64,000 nt of DNA from Bdellovibrionota bacterium (GTDB taxonomy: Bacteria; Bdellovibrionota_C; UBA2361; OMII01): positions 37,813-101,812 of the forward strand of contig JBIJBE010000007.1 of NCBI GenBank assembly GCA_044345405.1. The letters run 5' to 3'. A model generated the notes under the pieces. It had not been told where the DNA came from. It saw only the letters and a program-made list of their open reading frames with translations, and did not search any database. Shown here in pieces: positions 39,512-48,095 of the stretch (position 1 is its first letter; each line of letters starts with the position of its first letter). Position numbers and translations under genes: made by a program.

Positions 39512-40075
39512 ATGCGCCCCTCGTTAATCACGACGGTATTACTTGCCTCTCTCGCTACCTCATCGCTGCTCGGATGCGGCGGAGGAGGAGATGACTCCGG
39601 CGATTTCTCCGGGGCGGCCTACGTGAGCATGTCAGTTACCCCCTCTAACCTTGACTCAGGCGATAGGACCGTCGTGCGAGTAGAGGTGAGCGATGTGCAT
39701 GAAAATGGCATAGCGCTGAAATTTCGATACCCTGCGGGGCTTGTGTACGTACCCAATTCAGGGACCATCATCGTAGATGAGAAAGAAACCTCTATTAAAC
39801 CCCGAGTGAACGCGGTCACCGCTGATGACGAGTCCGTTTACCTTGTTTTCTACCTCCCCCAAAAACTCTTCCGACGATCGGGTCAGCAATACGCAGGGGA
39901 ACCGGGAACCGTTGAACTTCAGCTCGTAGGCAAGTTGGCGGTACAGGATGGCCTCGTTGAGGTTGACGCCGATGTAGACGACCCTGGGGTCGCCGACACC
40001 CTGGAATTTAACATCTCAAAACCCGAGTTTTTGGCGGAAGACCAGCAGAGTATTACGGTCCAAGTAGCCGATTAA
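39512..40075 (+). CDS. Lipoprotein with Ig/cohesin-like beta-sandwich
   Basis: Signal ending LLGC followed by GGGGDDS linker; beta-rich acidic body. Confidence 0.75.
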   Translation: MRPSLITTVLLASLATSSLLGCGGGGDDSGDFSGAAYVSMSVTPSNLDSGDRTVVRVEVSDVHENGIALKFRYPAGLVYVPNSGTIIVDEKETSIKPRVNAVTADDESVYLVFYLPQKLFRRSGQQYAGEPGTVELQLVGKLAVQDGLVEVDADVDDPGVADTLEFNISKPEFLAEDQQSITVQVAD

Positions 40076-40174
40076 GCAAAGATTGCGACCTTTCGTCGCT
40101 TCGACTATCCTTTCCCCATCAGCGCCGCCCCTTGAGGGCCGAGTTACGCCTACTTACTATCGAAGAGAGCCTCC

Positions 40175-41491
40175 GTGGGACAACACCGCCAAATCTTGCT
40201 AGAGCACATACAGCAACCTGATCAACACACCCTCGCCGGATACGAGAGCCGTGGTGGCTATCAAGCGATCAAGAAAGCGCTGCCGATGGATCCCCTCGCC
40301 ATTATTGAAGAGGTCAAAAAGTCAGGAATCCGCGGGCGTGGTGGCGCGGGCTTCTCAGCGGGCATGAAGTGGAGCTTCGTTCCTCGTAACACGGGCAAAC
40401 CGACCTACATCATCTGCAACGCCGATGAGAGTGAGCCGGGAACATTCAAAGATCGACTCCTCATGGAGAAAAATCCCCACGCGGTTATCGAAGGGATGAT
40501 GATCGCGGCGCTCGCCGTTCAGAGTAAGTGGATGTGTGCCTACATCCGTGGCGAGTACGCCTATCCGTACATCCAGCTCAAGAAAGCTGTGGACGAGTGT
40601 TACGCTAAGGGATACCTCGGCAAGAATATCTTCGGCAGCGGGTACGATTTAGACCTCGTCGTGCACCGTGGGGCGGGAGCATATATCTGCGGAGAGGAAA
40701 CGGGTCTTATTGAGTCCCTTGAAGGTAAAAAAGGACAACCTCGTCTAAAACCACCCTACTTTCCCGCCGTGCTCGGCCTCTACAACAGCCCAACGATTGT
40801 TAATAACGTGGAAACCTTCGCCGCCGTTCCGTGGATCATCAACAACGGGGCGGATGCCTACGCCGCCATCGGCACGGAGAAGTCGAAAGGCACCAAGCTC
40901 ATCTCAGCTTCAGGACACATCAACAAGCCAGGAGTTTACGAGATCGAGATGGGATATCCCTTCAAACGATTCCTTGAGGAGGAGTGCGGTGGGATGCTGA
41001 ACGGCCGAAAGCTAAAAGCTGTTATCCCAGGCGGCTCATCAACTCCTATCCTCCGCGCTGAGGATATCGAGGACGCTGTAATGGATTACGAGGGATGGAA
41101 CAAGCTCGGCACTTTCCTTGGGTCCGGTGGAGTTATCGTTCTCGACGAAACCGTGGATATGGTCGACGCGATCCAAAATCTCGCTCACTTCTACGCGCAT
41201 GAGTCATGCGGTCAGTGCACTCCGTGTCGAGAGGGTGGTCACTGGGTTGAGAAGACCTTCCGTCGAATCAACAACGGAGAGGGAGCTCCAGGTGATGTGG
41301 AGATGATCAACTCCATCTGCAATCAGATCATGGGACATACGATCTGCCCACTCGGCGACGCTCTTGTCATGCCCGTTCGCAGTTTCCTCACGAAATTCAA
41401 CGAGGAATTCAAGACAAAGATCGAGGACGCCCTCGAGGGGAAAGGGACCCCTACCAAGAGCCTCAACGCCTCTTTCGGAGACGCGCACTAG
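40175..41491 (+). CDS. nuoF: NADH-quinone oxidoreductase subunit F
   Basis: RGRGGAGF, CNADESEPGTFKDR, GAGAYICGEETGL, NNVET, ESCGQCTPCREG, TICPLGD. Confidence 0.96.
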   Translation: MGQHRQILLEHIQQPDQHTLAGYESRGGYQAIKKALPMDPLAIIEEVKKSGIRGRGGAGFSAGMKWSFVPRNTGKPTYIICNADESEPGTFKDRLLMEKNPHAVIEGMMIAALAVQSKWMCAYIRGEYAYPYIQLKKAVDECYAKGYLGKNIFGSGYDLDLVVHRGAGAYICGEETGLIESLEGKKGQPRLKPPYFPAVLGLYNSPTIVNNVETFAAVPWIINNGADAYAAIGTEKSKGTKLISASGHINKPGVYEIEMGYPFKRFLEEECGGMLNGRKLKAVIPGGSSTPILRAEDIEDAVMDYEGWNKLGTFLGSGGVIVLDETVDMVDAIQNLAHFYAHESCGQCTPCREGGHWVEKTFRRINNGEGAPGDVEMINSICNQIMGHTICPLGDALVMPVRSFLTKFNEEFKTKIEDALEGKGTPTKSLNASFGDAH

Positions 41492-41497
41492 GACATC

Positions 41498-42373
41498 ATG
41501 AAAGCGCCTCATTCGGTCGCGGTCCTTAGTTCCCTTCTCCGCTACGCGGTAGTCTTGATAGTCACCGTTATGTGGGGTGGACTCGTTTCAGCTCTCGCGC
41601 AACCCCTGCCCGAGCCCCTCGCCTGGGATAAGCTCAGTAGTGGTCTTGAGCAAACGAACTTTAAGATCAACGGAGATTCGATCATCTCATCATCCATCGC
41701 CATAGTGCGATCGGATATGCAGAGCCACCGGATCGCGACTATTCGAGCCTCAGAGTTCGGATGGAAGCACGCGACGGTGCAAGCCCTTTGCAAAGCGTCA
41801 GGAGCGGTAGCCTGCATCAACGCGAACTTTTTTGACGAGCAAGGCAAACCTCTTGGTCTCGTCATCAGTCGGGGAATCATTCATCAGAGGATTCATAAAG
41901 GAGGAGGCCTTCTCACTGGGATCCTCTTTGTTACCCCTAAATCAGTTGGGGTCGCCTTTCGGGACACCTTCTCCACTGACGGCGTTGTCGAGGCTGTTCA
42001 AGCCGGGCCACGGCTCGTGAGCAAGGGCGCGATCGTAGAGGGACTCAAAGAATCCGCTCGCTCATCAAATCTCTCCGGTATTTGCATAGACGCGCAACAA
42101 CGAGTTTCCATCTTTCGCGTAACGTCGGGCGTTTTCGGTGGTTCGCTTCATCAGCTACAGAGCGTGCTTACTCAACCACAGATAGGATGCGTCGAAGCCC
42201 TCAACTTTGATGGTGGCGGATCGTCGAGCATGTATATCTCGGGGGAGATTCAGGGACACGCGGGGGCAGTTCGGGAAGAGAACTTCCCCGGAACAGATGA
42301 GGTTCCCGTGGCGATTGGGCTCTTCCCACTGGCAACCTCGCAAACTAACGTGGCCGCACAGCCGACGCCCTAA
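41498..42373 (+). CDS. Phosphodiester glycosidase (NAGPA/DUF2233) family exported protein
   Basis: Signal/TM, INANFFD, QAGPRLV, ALNFDGGGSS. Confidence 0.82.
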   Translation: MKAPHSVAVLSSLLRYAVVLIVTVMWGGLVSALAQPLPEPLAWDKLSSGLEQTNFKINGDSIISSSIAIVRSDMQSHRIATIRASEFGWKHATVQALCKASGAVACINANFFDEQGKPLGLVISRGIIHQRIHKGGGLLTGILFVTPKSVGVAFRDTFSTDGVVEAVQAGPRLVSKGAIVEGLKESARSSNLSGICIDAQQRVSIFRVTSGVFGGSLHQLQSVLTQPQIGCVEALNFDGGGSSSMYISGEIQGHAGAVREENFPGTDEVPVAIGLFPLATSQTNVAAQPTP

Positions 42374-42592
42374 GACAGCCAGCCTGCCTGTTTCACTCGA
42401 TTTACTACCCCATCAGCTCTGCCCTACTATCAGACGAGCCGCAGAATTCTCCACGCACTATATCCCTGATGGCGATTCCCTCCCACGCGCGACCCGGTAA
42501 AACAATACGGTTTTCAGCAACTTAACGTTCTAATCCGAAAAACTAATCCCCGATTAAAATTAGGCCGATACAAGTGACGTGGAGTACCACTA

Positions 42593-44536
42593 ATGCCTAA
42601 GCAAGGGGACAAAACAACCACCAAGCAGGATCCAGGAGCTAAGCTGCTGAAGGAGCAATTTAGCGACCTTTCTACGTCTCGTAGCGCTTGGCGCTCAACG
42701 GGTGCGGCGATCTATAAAGAGAACAAACAACGGGTTCCGCCGGAACAAGCTAAAGACTATACCAAAGCAAAGAACGAGAACGTAAGCGCCGAAGCAAGGA
42801 TAGCGCGGTTCCTCGAGCGGCTTGAGAGGGTCACTGCTCGGGAAGCCACGAAGAGCTCCCGTGATTCCGGATACGATCGACTTCAGCAAAAATTACTCGC
42901 GGCGGCAGTGATCGATACAACCGATGCGAACCTCGTAGAAAAGATCGCTCGCGGACTCTTCCAATCAGAGAAGCGCGCGGCACTTGAACGGGGACACGGA
43001 CAAGGGGCTCAAGGACCAGATTTCGAACAGGTAAAGGATGACTACATAAGGCTCGTAGACGAGAAGCGCTCCGTGCAACTACGGTCGCTCCCAACCTGGA
43101 CCGACTACCTCGCCAAGAACGATGCGCACTATCCTTCCTGGTTTAAGTACCTCGCTATTCGTAGTGTACTCAAGATGGGGGAATTCGATAGAGATACCCC
43201 AAAATTTGGGAAACGATCAAAGGATACGATCGCGGCGTTTCCTGAATTGAACTCAGAGGCGTTGGGGCTTGTGTATAAGGCGCTCTCCGATCCAGCTTCG
43301 GTAGCTCCAAAGACTGAAGCGCTCCTTGTGCCGTTTCGAGCAGCACTTACATCGAAAAGCTTCGCAGGCTTGTACGCCGTAGCGCTCGTTGAGTGTAACC
43401 AAACGATCGATCGCTCCCGCCTTGAAGGTGAGTGGCGAAAGTATGACCAAGGGTCTGATTACACCGTCTTAGAGAACGACCTCGCCAGTAAGGGAACTGG
43501 GTGGTGCACAGCAAGCGGATCCGCAAAAGCGCATATTGAAGGTGGCGACTTCTACGTCTACTACACGAAAGACGATCAAGGGCTATGCTCCGTCCCCCGA
43601 GTAGCCATTCGGATGGCGAACAACAAGATCGCCGAGATCCGAGGCATTGCACCGGGACAGGAGCTCGAGCCTGAGTTCGTTGATGTGGTTGAGGAGAAAG
43701 GCGGTACCCTTCCAGGATATGAGAAATTCAAAAAGGCATCCGCTGATATGAAGCTCCTTACCGCTATCGACCAGCGGTGCTGTAGGCGGGATGCGGAGGG
43801 GAAATTAGTCGAGCACCTTACTCCCGATCCACCCCTTACCATCGAAGAGCTTCGTTTTCTCTACGAGGTGGATTCGAAGATATCGAGCTTCGGATATGAT
43901 AGAGACTCGCGAATAGATGAGATTAAAGGGGCACGTCCGAATGTGAAGGAGGACTATGCCACGGTATACGGCGTCGATAGCTCACAGGTTGCAATAGATA
44001 AGGGTATGATCACGGAAGATACGAGGGTGTATGCGGGAGGGCTTGAGCCGAATGATTACCGCATCCTTCAGGACCGGAGAGGTCCGCTCATTATCTGCGG
44101 AGAAGTGAATTTACGTGGAACTCCAATAAACTCAATTCCTCAAGGGGTGGTGTTTAATGGGTATACCGACTTTCGCTACTGCACCTCCCTAACCTCAATT
44201 CCTCAAGGGGTGGTCTTTAATGGGTATACCGACTTCGAAGGCTGCAACTCCCTAACCTCAATTCCTGAAGGGGTGGTGTTTGATGGAGTTGATTTCTACG
44301 GCTGCACCTCCCTAACCTCAATTGCTCAAGGGGTGGTGTTTAATGGAGAAGCCTTCTTCTCGGGCTGCACCTCCCTAACCTCAATTCCCCGAAATAGTAT
44401 CTTTAAGGCTGGCGCCCATTTTTATGGCTGCACTGCTCTCGTCGAGATTGGCGAGGGAACCGAATTTCACGGGGAGTATGACTTTAGCTTATGTTACTCT
44501 CTCCGGTCACAACCCGATACTTTTAGGAAGGATTGA
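42593..44536 (+). CDS. Hypothetical protein with GTGWCTA-motif domain and C-terminal LRR-like 21-aa repeats
   Basis: 647-aa ORF; motifs YPSWFKY, FPELNSEAL, GTGWCTA, GGDFYVYY, PRVAIRM, EIRGIA, LRFLYE; terminal SIPQGVVFNGxxDFxxCTSLT repeats. Confidence 0.8.
   Translation: MPKQGDKTTTKQDPGAKLLKEQFSDLSTSRSAWRSTGAAIYKENKQRVPPEQAKDYTKAKNENVSAEARIARFLERLERVTAREATKSSRDSGYDRLQQKLLAAAVIDTTDANLVEKIARGLFQSEKRAALERGHGQGAQGPDFEQVKDDYIRLVDEKRSVQLRSLPTWTDYLAKNDAHYPSWFKYLAIRSVLKMGEFDRDTPKFGKRSKDTIAAFPELNSEALGLVYKALSDPASVAPKTEALLVPFRAALTSKSFAGLYAVALVECNQTIDRSRLEGEWRKYDQGSDYTVLENDLASKGTGWCTASGSAKAHIEGGDFYVYYTKDDQGLCSVPRVAIRMANNKIAEIRGIAPGQELEPEFVDVVEEKGGTLPGYEKFKKASADMKLLTAIDQRCCRRDAEGKLVEHLTPDPPLTIEELRFLYEVDSKISSFGYDRDSRIDEIKGARPNVKEDYATVYGVDSSQVAIDKGMITEDTRVYAGGLEPNDYRILQDRRGPLIICGEVNLRGTPINSIPQGVVFNGYTDFRYCTSLTSIPQGVVFNGYTDFEGCNSLTSIPEGVVFDGVDFYGCTSLTSIAQGVVFNGEAFFSGCTSLTSIPRNSIFKAGAHFYGCTALVEIGEGTEFHGEYDFSLCYSLRSQPDTFRKD
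44131..44430 (+). repeat. Intragenic 60-63-bp tandem repeats (about 5 units)
   Basis: CTCCCTAACCTCAATTCCTCAAGGGGTGGTGTTTAATGG core repeated with high identity. Confidence 0.92.
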
Positions 44537-44715
44537 CGCGAGTAGCCCCTAGAGGACCCCGCAGGGCAGAGTGGGTAACGGACATCTTACTTGCCTGGAG
44601 CCGCATAAGCGGAGGGGGACCTATCCGCTTGAAGCCACATGTAAAGCCCTTCTCTCCAGCTCTCGTACCCAGAAGCCAAAGACCAGGTCGCAAACAGCGC
44701 GCCCCCTGTGTCCAC

Positions 44716-45984
44716 TCAGAGAGCTAACATGCCCATCGCAGCTACGAACATAAGCAGCGTAGTGAACCCTACAACCACGATTGATAATCGAGAGCTCGGC
44801 TGTCCTCGCATGATGTCTGTATCGGTCGCGATAGCGAGGATCCCGAGGAGAAGAAAGGGCGCGAGCACCCCGTTCATGACCGCGGTCCAGAAGAGCGCGT
44901 GCATCGGGTTCACATCGAGAAAGGTGAGCAACATGCCGATAACGATCGAGACCACGATGACGGCATAAAATCGTGGAGCCTCATGCAACTTCCGATCAAG
45001 CCCCTCCTCCCACCGAAAGGTCTCCGCGAGCGCGTACGCCGCGGAACCCGCGAGTGTTGGAATGGCGAGGGATCCCACTCCAAGGATTCCCACAGCGTAC
45101 AGAGTCGACGCCAGCTCTCCCGCAAGAGGACGAAGCGCGAGAGCCGCCTCCTTGGAGGAATCGATGTTGGTCACTCCCGCGCGATGAAGGGTCATCGCTG
45201 TCGTGAGGAGGATGAAAAACATGACGACATTTGAGAAAAAGGTTCCGATTCCTACATCGATAGCACGGTCGGTAATCCGCGATGACGGTATAGTGCTCCC
45301 GTTTATTTTCATTTCACCGAACGCCTTTGCGTCCTCAATCTCCTCTCCTGTCTGCCAGAAAAAGAGGTAGGGACTGATCGTGGTGCCGAGAAGCGCCACT
45401 AAAGCGGCCCAAGCGTTCGAGCTGTTAGGAAGAGAAGGAACGAACGTAGCGACGAGCACTTCGGACCAATCAATCGGTATCAGAAAGGCAGTGATGATGT
45501 AGACTACCAAAATACCGGCGAGCCACTTCAAAACATTTTCGATCTGGGTAAAACGTAAAAATATAGTTGCCCACATGATGCCAAATCCCATCGGCGCCAC
45601 AAAAAACTGAGCGGAGATGCCGGTGAGCACCTCAAGCGCGTCCCCCATGCCAGCAAGATCGGAACCTATGTTAATGGTGTTCGCTATCAGAAGCGTCACA
45701 CTCACTATCAAGACGACTCGACGGGAGAACTTTTTCTCAAGCGCTTCAGCGAGTCCCATCCCCGATACCATGCCGATGCGCGCGCACATCATCTGCACAA
45801 AGGCCATAAGGGGCCAGGTAAGAAAGGCGGTCCATAGGAGATGAGTGCCGAGCTGGGCGCCAGCAATCGAATAGGTGGCTATGCCAGAGGGATCATCATC
45901 CGCGGCGCCGGTTACAAAACCGGGGCCTACCGCTTTGATGAGACGGTTACCAATCTTCGATGAGATGGAATCTTTTCGGTCCAC
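44716..45984 (-). CDS. NRAMP-like divalent metal transporter
   Basis: GPGFVTGAADDDPSGIATYS, LGTTISPYLFFW, about 11 TMs. Confidence 0.92.
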   Translation of the reverse strand: MDRKDSISSKIGNRLIKAVGPGFVTGAADDDPSGIATYSIAGAQLGTHLLWTAFLTWPLMAFVQMMCARIGMVSGMGLAEALEKKFSRRVVLIVSVTLLIANTINIGSDLAGMGDALEVLTGISAQFFVAPMGFGIMWATIFLRFTQIENVLKWLAGILVVYIITAFLIPIDWSEVLVATFVPSLPNSSNAWAALVALLGTTISPYLFFWQTGEEIEDAKAFGEMKINGSTIPSSRITDRAIDVGIGTFFSNVVMFFILLTTAMTLHRAGVTNIDSSKEAALALRPLAGELASTLYAVGILGVGSLAIPTLAGSAAYALAETFRWEEGLDRKLHEAPRFYAVIVVSIVIGMLLTFLDVNPMHALFWTAVMNGVLAPFLLLGILAIATDTDIMRGQPSSRLSIVVVGFTTLLMFVAAMGMLAL

Positions 45985-46375
45985 ACATCCTTCGAAAAGC
46001 TCATAGCGTTACCATCATCACCCTTCGCGCCCTTAGGACCTGCGTCACCTTTAGGTCCTGCCACGCCTTGAGAAACAGGACCGGTCTTGTAACCGTCCTC
46101 ACTTTTATGATTCTTGGCACCCGACAGACCCGGCTCTCCCTGCGGCTCAACCGGATTCCCTTTCTTTGATCAGCAACGCTAAGCGACTTCGACCTTCACA
46201 CTCTCTGCGGTCGGTCATGGGGATAGCATGGGAAGGCAGCCCGTTCAGGGCACCGATGTGCCCTCCTCAAAAGATCTCTTGTCTCCTCCCTGTTCCCTTC
46301 TGTCATGATTAGAATTTAGCGTAGTGAAACCAGTCGCCTACTCTACTTTTACCGGCCCCAATGTAAGTTTGCAGA

Positions 46376-46405
46376 TTGACACTACGGATGAGCTCACTGT
46401 AGCTT
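46376..46405 (+). promoter_or_regulatory. Sigma70-type promoter with dyad operator in the spacer, upstream of the MerR-like gene
   Basis: TTGACA-18 nt-TAGCTT; overlapping dyad CTAC-GGA-TGAGCTCA-CT-GTAG. Confidence 0.5.
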
Positions 46406-46471
46406 AGTTAAAGATGCTTGTAGTAACTTCCCGCTAGTACTCGTTGTACACGGCTGTTCAGAGGTCTTCGG

Positions 46472-46984
46472 ATGAGTGTTCATATTTTAGATCGTGAGTT
46501 CACTGCCAAACAGGTCCAAGAGATCCTTCGGACCTTGACCGGCGGTGACGAAAAGATCGGTCTCGCTCTCCTCAACTACTACGCTCGGACTAATCTGGTT
46601 CCGACGACTGGTAAGACCAAGAGCCGAGGTCGCCCCAAGTATTCCTACCCCGACCTTATCCTTTTGTGCTGGCTCTTCCGTATGAAACGTGAGGGCCTCC
46701 CGGTTAATCGCTTCCGACGTGGTATCGATTATCTGCGCAAGAAGCTCCCGAAGCTCCATAAGAATCCAAGTGACATGGTGCTCTTGACGGATAGCAAGCA
46801 GCTCTTCATCAAGCATCGCATTCAAGATAAGGGCGAGATCGCCGAGGTACTCACCGGCAAGAAGGCTGGACAGTATGTTTGGGCATACGCCATCGGCTCT
46901 CTCATAGAAGAGGTCGATCGCATCATCCATGAGCTCAAGGAGACAGATGATGAAACGACGAACGCGGATCAAGTGGCCGCGTAA
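46472..46984 (+). CDS. MerR-like winged-HTH transcriptional regulator
   Basis: FTAKQV...LNYYARTNLVP...GRPKYSYPDL...MKREGLPV..FRR pattern; GAGG RBS and terminator. Confidence 0.78.
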   Translation: MSVHILDREFTAKQVQEILRTLTGGDEKIGLALLNYYARTNLVPTTGKTKSRGRPKYSYPDLILLCWLFRMKREGLPVNRFRRGIDYLRKKLPKLHKNPSDMVLLTDSKQLFIKHRIQDKGEIAEVLTGKKAGQYVWAYAIGSLIEEVDRIIHELKETDDETTNADQVAA

Positions 46985-46997
46985 CGCGCCGATACGC

Positions 46998-47026
46998 AAG
47001 GGGGCCTTTCGAGGCTCCCTTTTTTT
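46998..47026 (+). terminator. Rho-independent terminator
   Basis: AAGGGGGCCT-TTCG-AGGCTCCCTT followed by a T run. Confidence 0.85.
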
Positions 47027-47069
47027 ATGCTATGAGTTCGTGGGCATTTAGCACGGGATTGGAGCGCGC

Positions 47070-47228
47070 ATGAGCAAGTCAGGAACGGTACGTCAGATCT
47101 TTCAACTTATCTGGGAACGTAAAGCGTGGTGGCTCGTGCCGATGGTAGTGGTATTTCTGCTCGTCGGTCTCCTCATCGCGACAACGGCGGGCAATCCTCT
47201 TTCACCCTTCATCTACGCCCTCTTCTAG
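47070..47228 (+). CDS. DUF5989-family small membrane protein (52 aa; absent from the ORF track)
   Basis: GGAG RBS; MSKSGTVRQIFQLIWERKAWWLVPMVVVFLLVGLLIATTAGNPLSPFIYALF with the RKxWWLxP and PFIYxLF signatures. Confidence 0.85.
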   Translation: MSKSGTVRQIFQLIWERKAWWLVPMVVVFLLVGLLIATTAGNPLSPFIYALF

Positions 47229-47241
47229 GGCCTCGTCGAGC

Positions 47242-47291
47242 AAAAAAGCGGCGGAGCGAACACCTTCCCTGGTATTCGCCCCGCCGCTTTT
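47242..47291. terminator. Bidirectional terminator-like hairpin
   Basis: AAAAAAGCGGCGG...CCGCCGCTTTT between convergent genes. Confidence 0.75.
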
Positions 47292-47321
47292 CCTTTACGC
47301 GAACTACAGTATCCTCGGTGC

Positions 47322-47849
47322 CTAATTGGAAGACACCACATCCTGCGCCACTGGCTGCGGTCGCTTCGCGGGTCTACCTCTCGGCTTCTTCACGACCCCC
47401 ATCGCCCGCTCCTCTTTGAGGCGTTGAATCTCCTTGGGTAATCGCCACCCGCCTGGCTTCGGTGCGTCATCGTCGCTGAACAGGAGTTGATTTGAGCGCT
47501 CGTAATCCACCAGAGCCTCAACGAAATCTCTGGTCGCCCGCATGGCGTACTCATTCACAAAAAACTTAATCGAGCGGAACGAGTGCGCGACCGCTCTGCG
47601 CAGGTCACGATCAACTGGAAACATATTGTCGCCGTTGTCCTCAAACGCCACTCGAAACCGGTGCGCGAGCTCTTCGACGGTCGTGAGATCCTCCCACTCC
47701 ATCATCTCAATGGCTCGATGCGCCTTCGTGCGCTTCCCCTCCCGCAACACAATAAAGCGCGCGACAAATGCGGTCCGCCGCGCACGTATGATCGCTCTAT
47801 CCATCTCCTGTGGAGAAGATAGGTTCGTCTCAAGAACTTCCGTTTTCAT
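47322..47849 (-). CDS. Hypothetical helical protein with C-terminal AT-hook-like motif
   Basis: 175-aa ORF; KKPRGRPAK near the C-terminus. Confidence 0.7.
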   Translation of the reverse strand: MKTEVLETNLSSPQEMDRAIIRARRTAFVARFIVLREGKRTKAHRAIEMMEWEDLTTVEELAHRFRVAFEDNGDNMFPVDRDLRRAVAHSFRSIKFFVNEYAMRATRDFVEALVDYERSNQLLFSDDDAPKPGGWRLPKEIQRLKEERAMGVVKKPRGRPAKRPQPVAQDVVSSN

Positions 47850-48095
47850 TTTGACACCACTTCAGAACTGCTAGAACTACATGAAGAGCAAGCGAGCCAA
47901 ATGGGGCTCCCTCGTTCAAATATAGTTTCGGAATGGCTGCGAGGTTTCTTGAGGACTATCGTACACGGCGCCAAACTAACGTATTTTCAAGTGGTTACAA
48001 AATGCTCTCACGGCCCCCGGCCCCACGAGCGGCCTGCGCCCCTACGAAAGTCCCCTTTCGTGACACTCAACAGGAAGTCTGCTGTAATCCCCTTC

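Noticed and set aside
44131-44430. Tandem repeats as a CRISPR array or DGR template/variable repeat
   Set aside because: Units are in-frame coding repeats with no unique 30-40-nt spacers, there are no cas or reverse transcriptase genes in the window, and variation is not adenine-specific.
46071-46170. yybP-ykoY manganese riboswitch upstream of the NRAMP gene
   Set aside because: Only partial strings (GGGAGAGCC, ACAAGACC on the minus strand); the conserved GGGGAGUAGC and junction elements do not match.
46487-46999. 170-aa ORF antisense to the MerR-like gene
   Set aside because: The plus-strand gene has an RBS, promoter, terminator and HTH pattern; the antisense frame has none.
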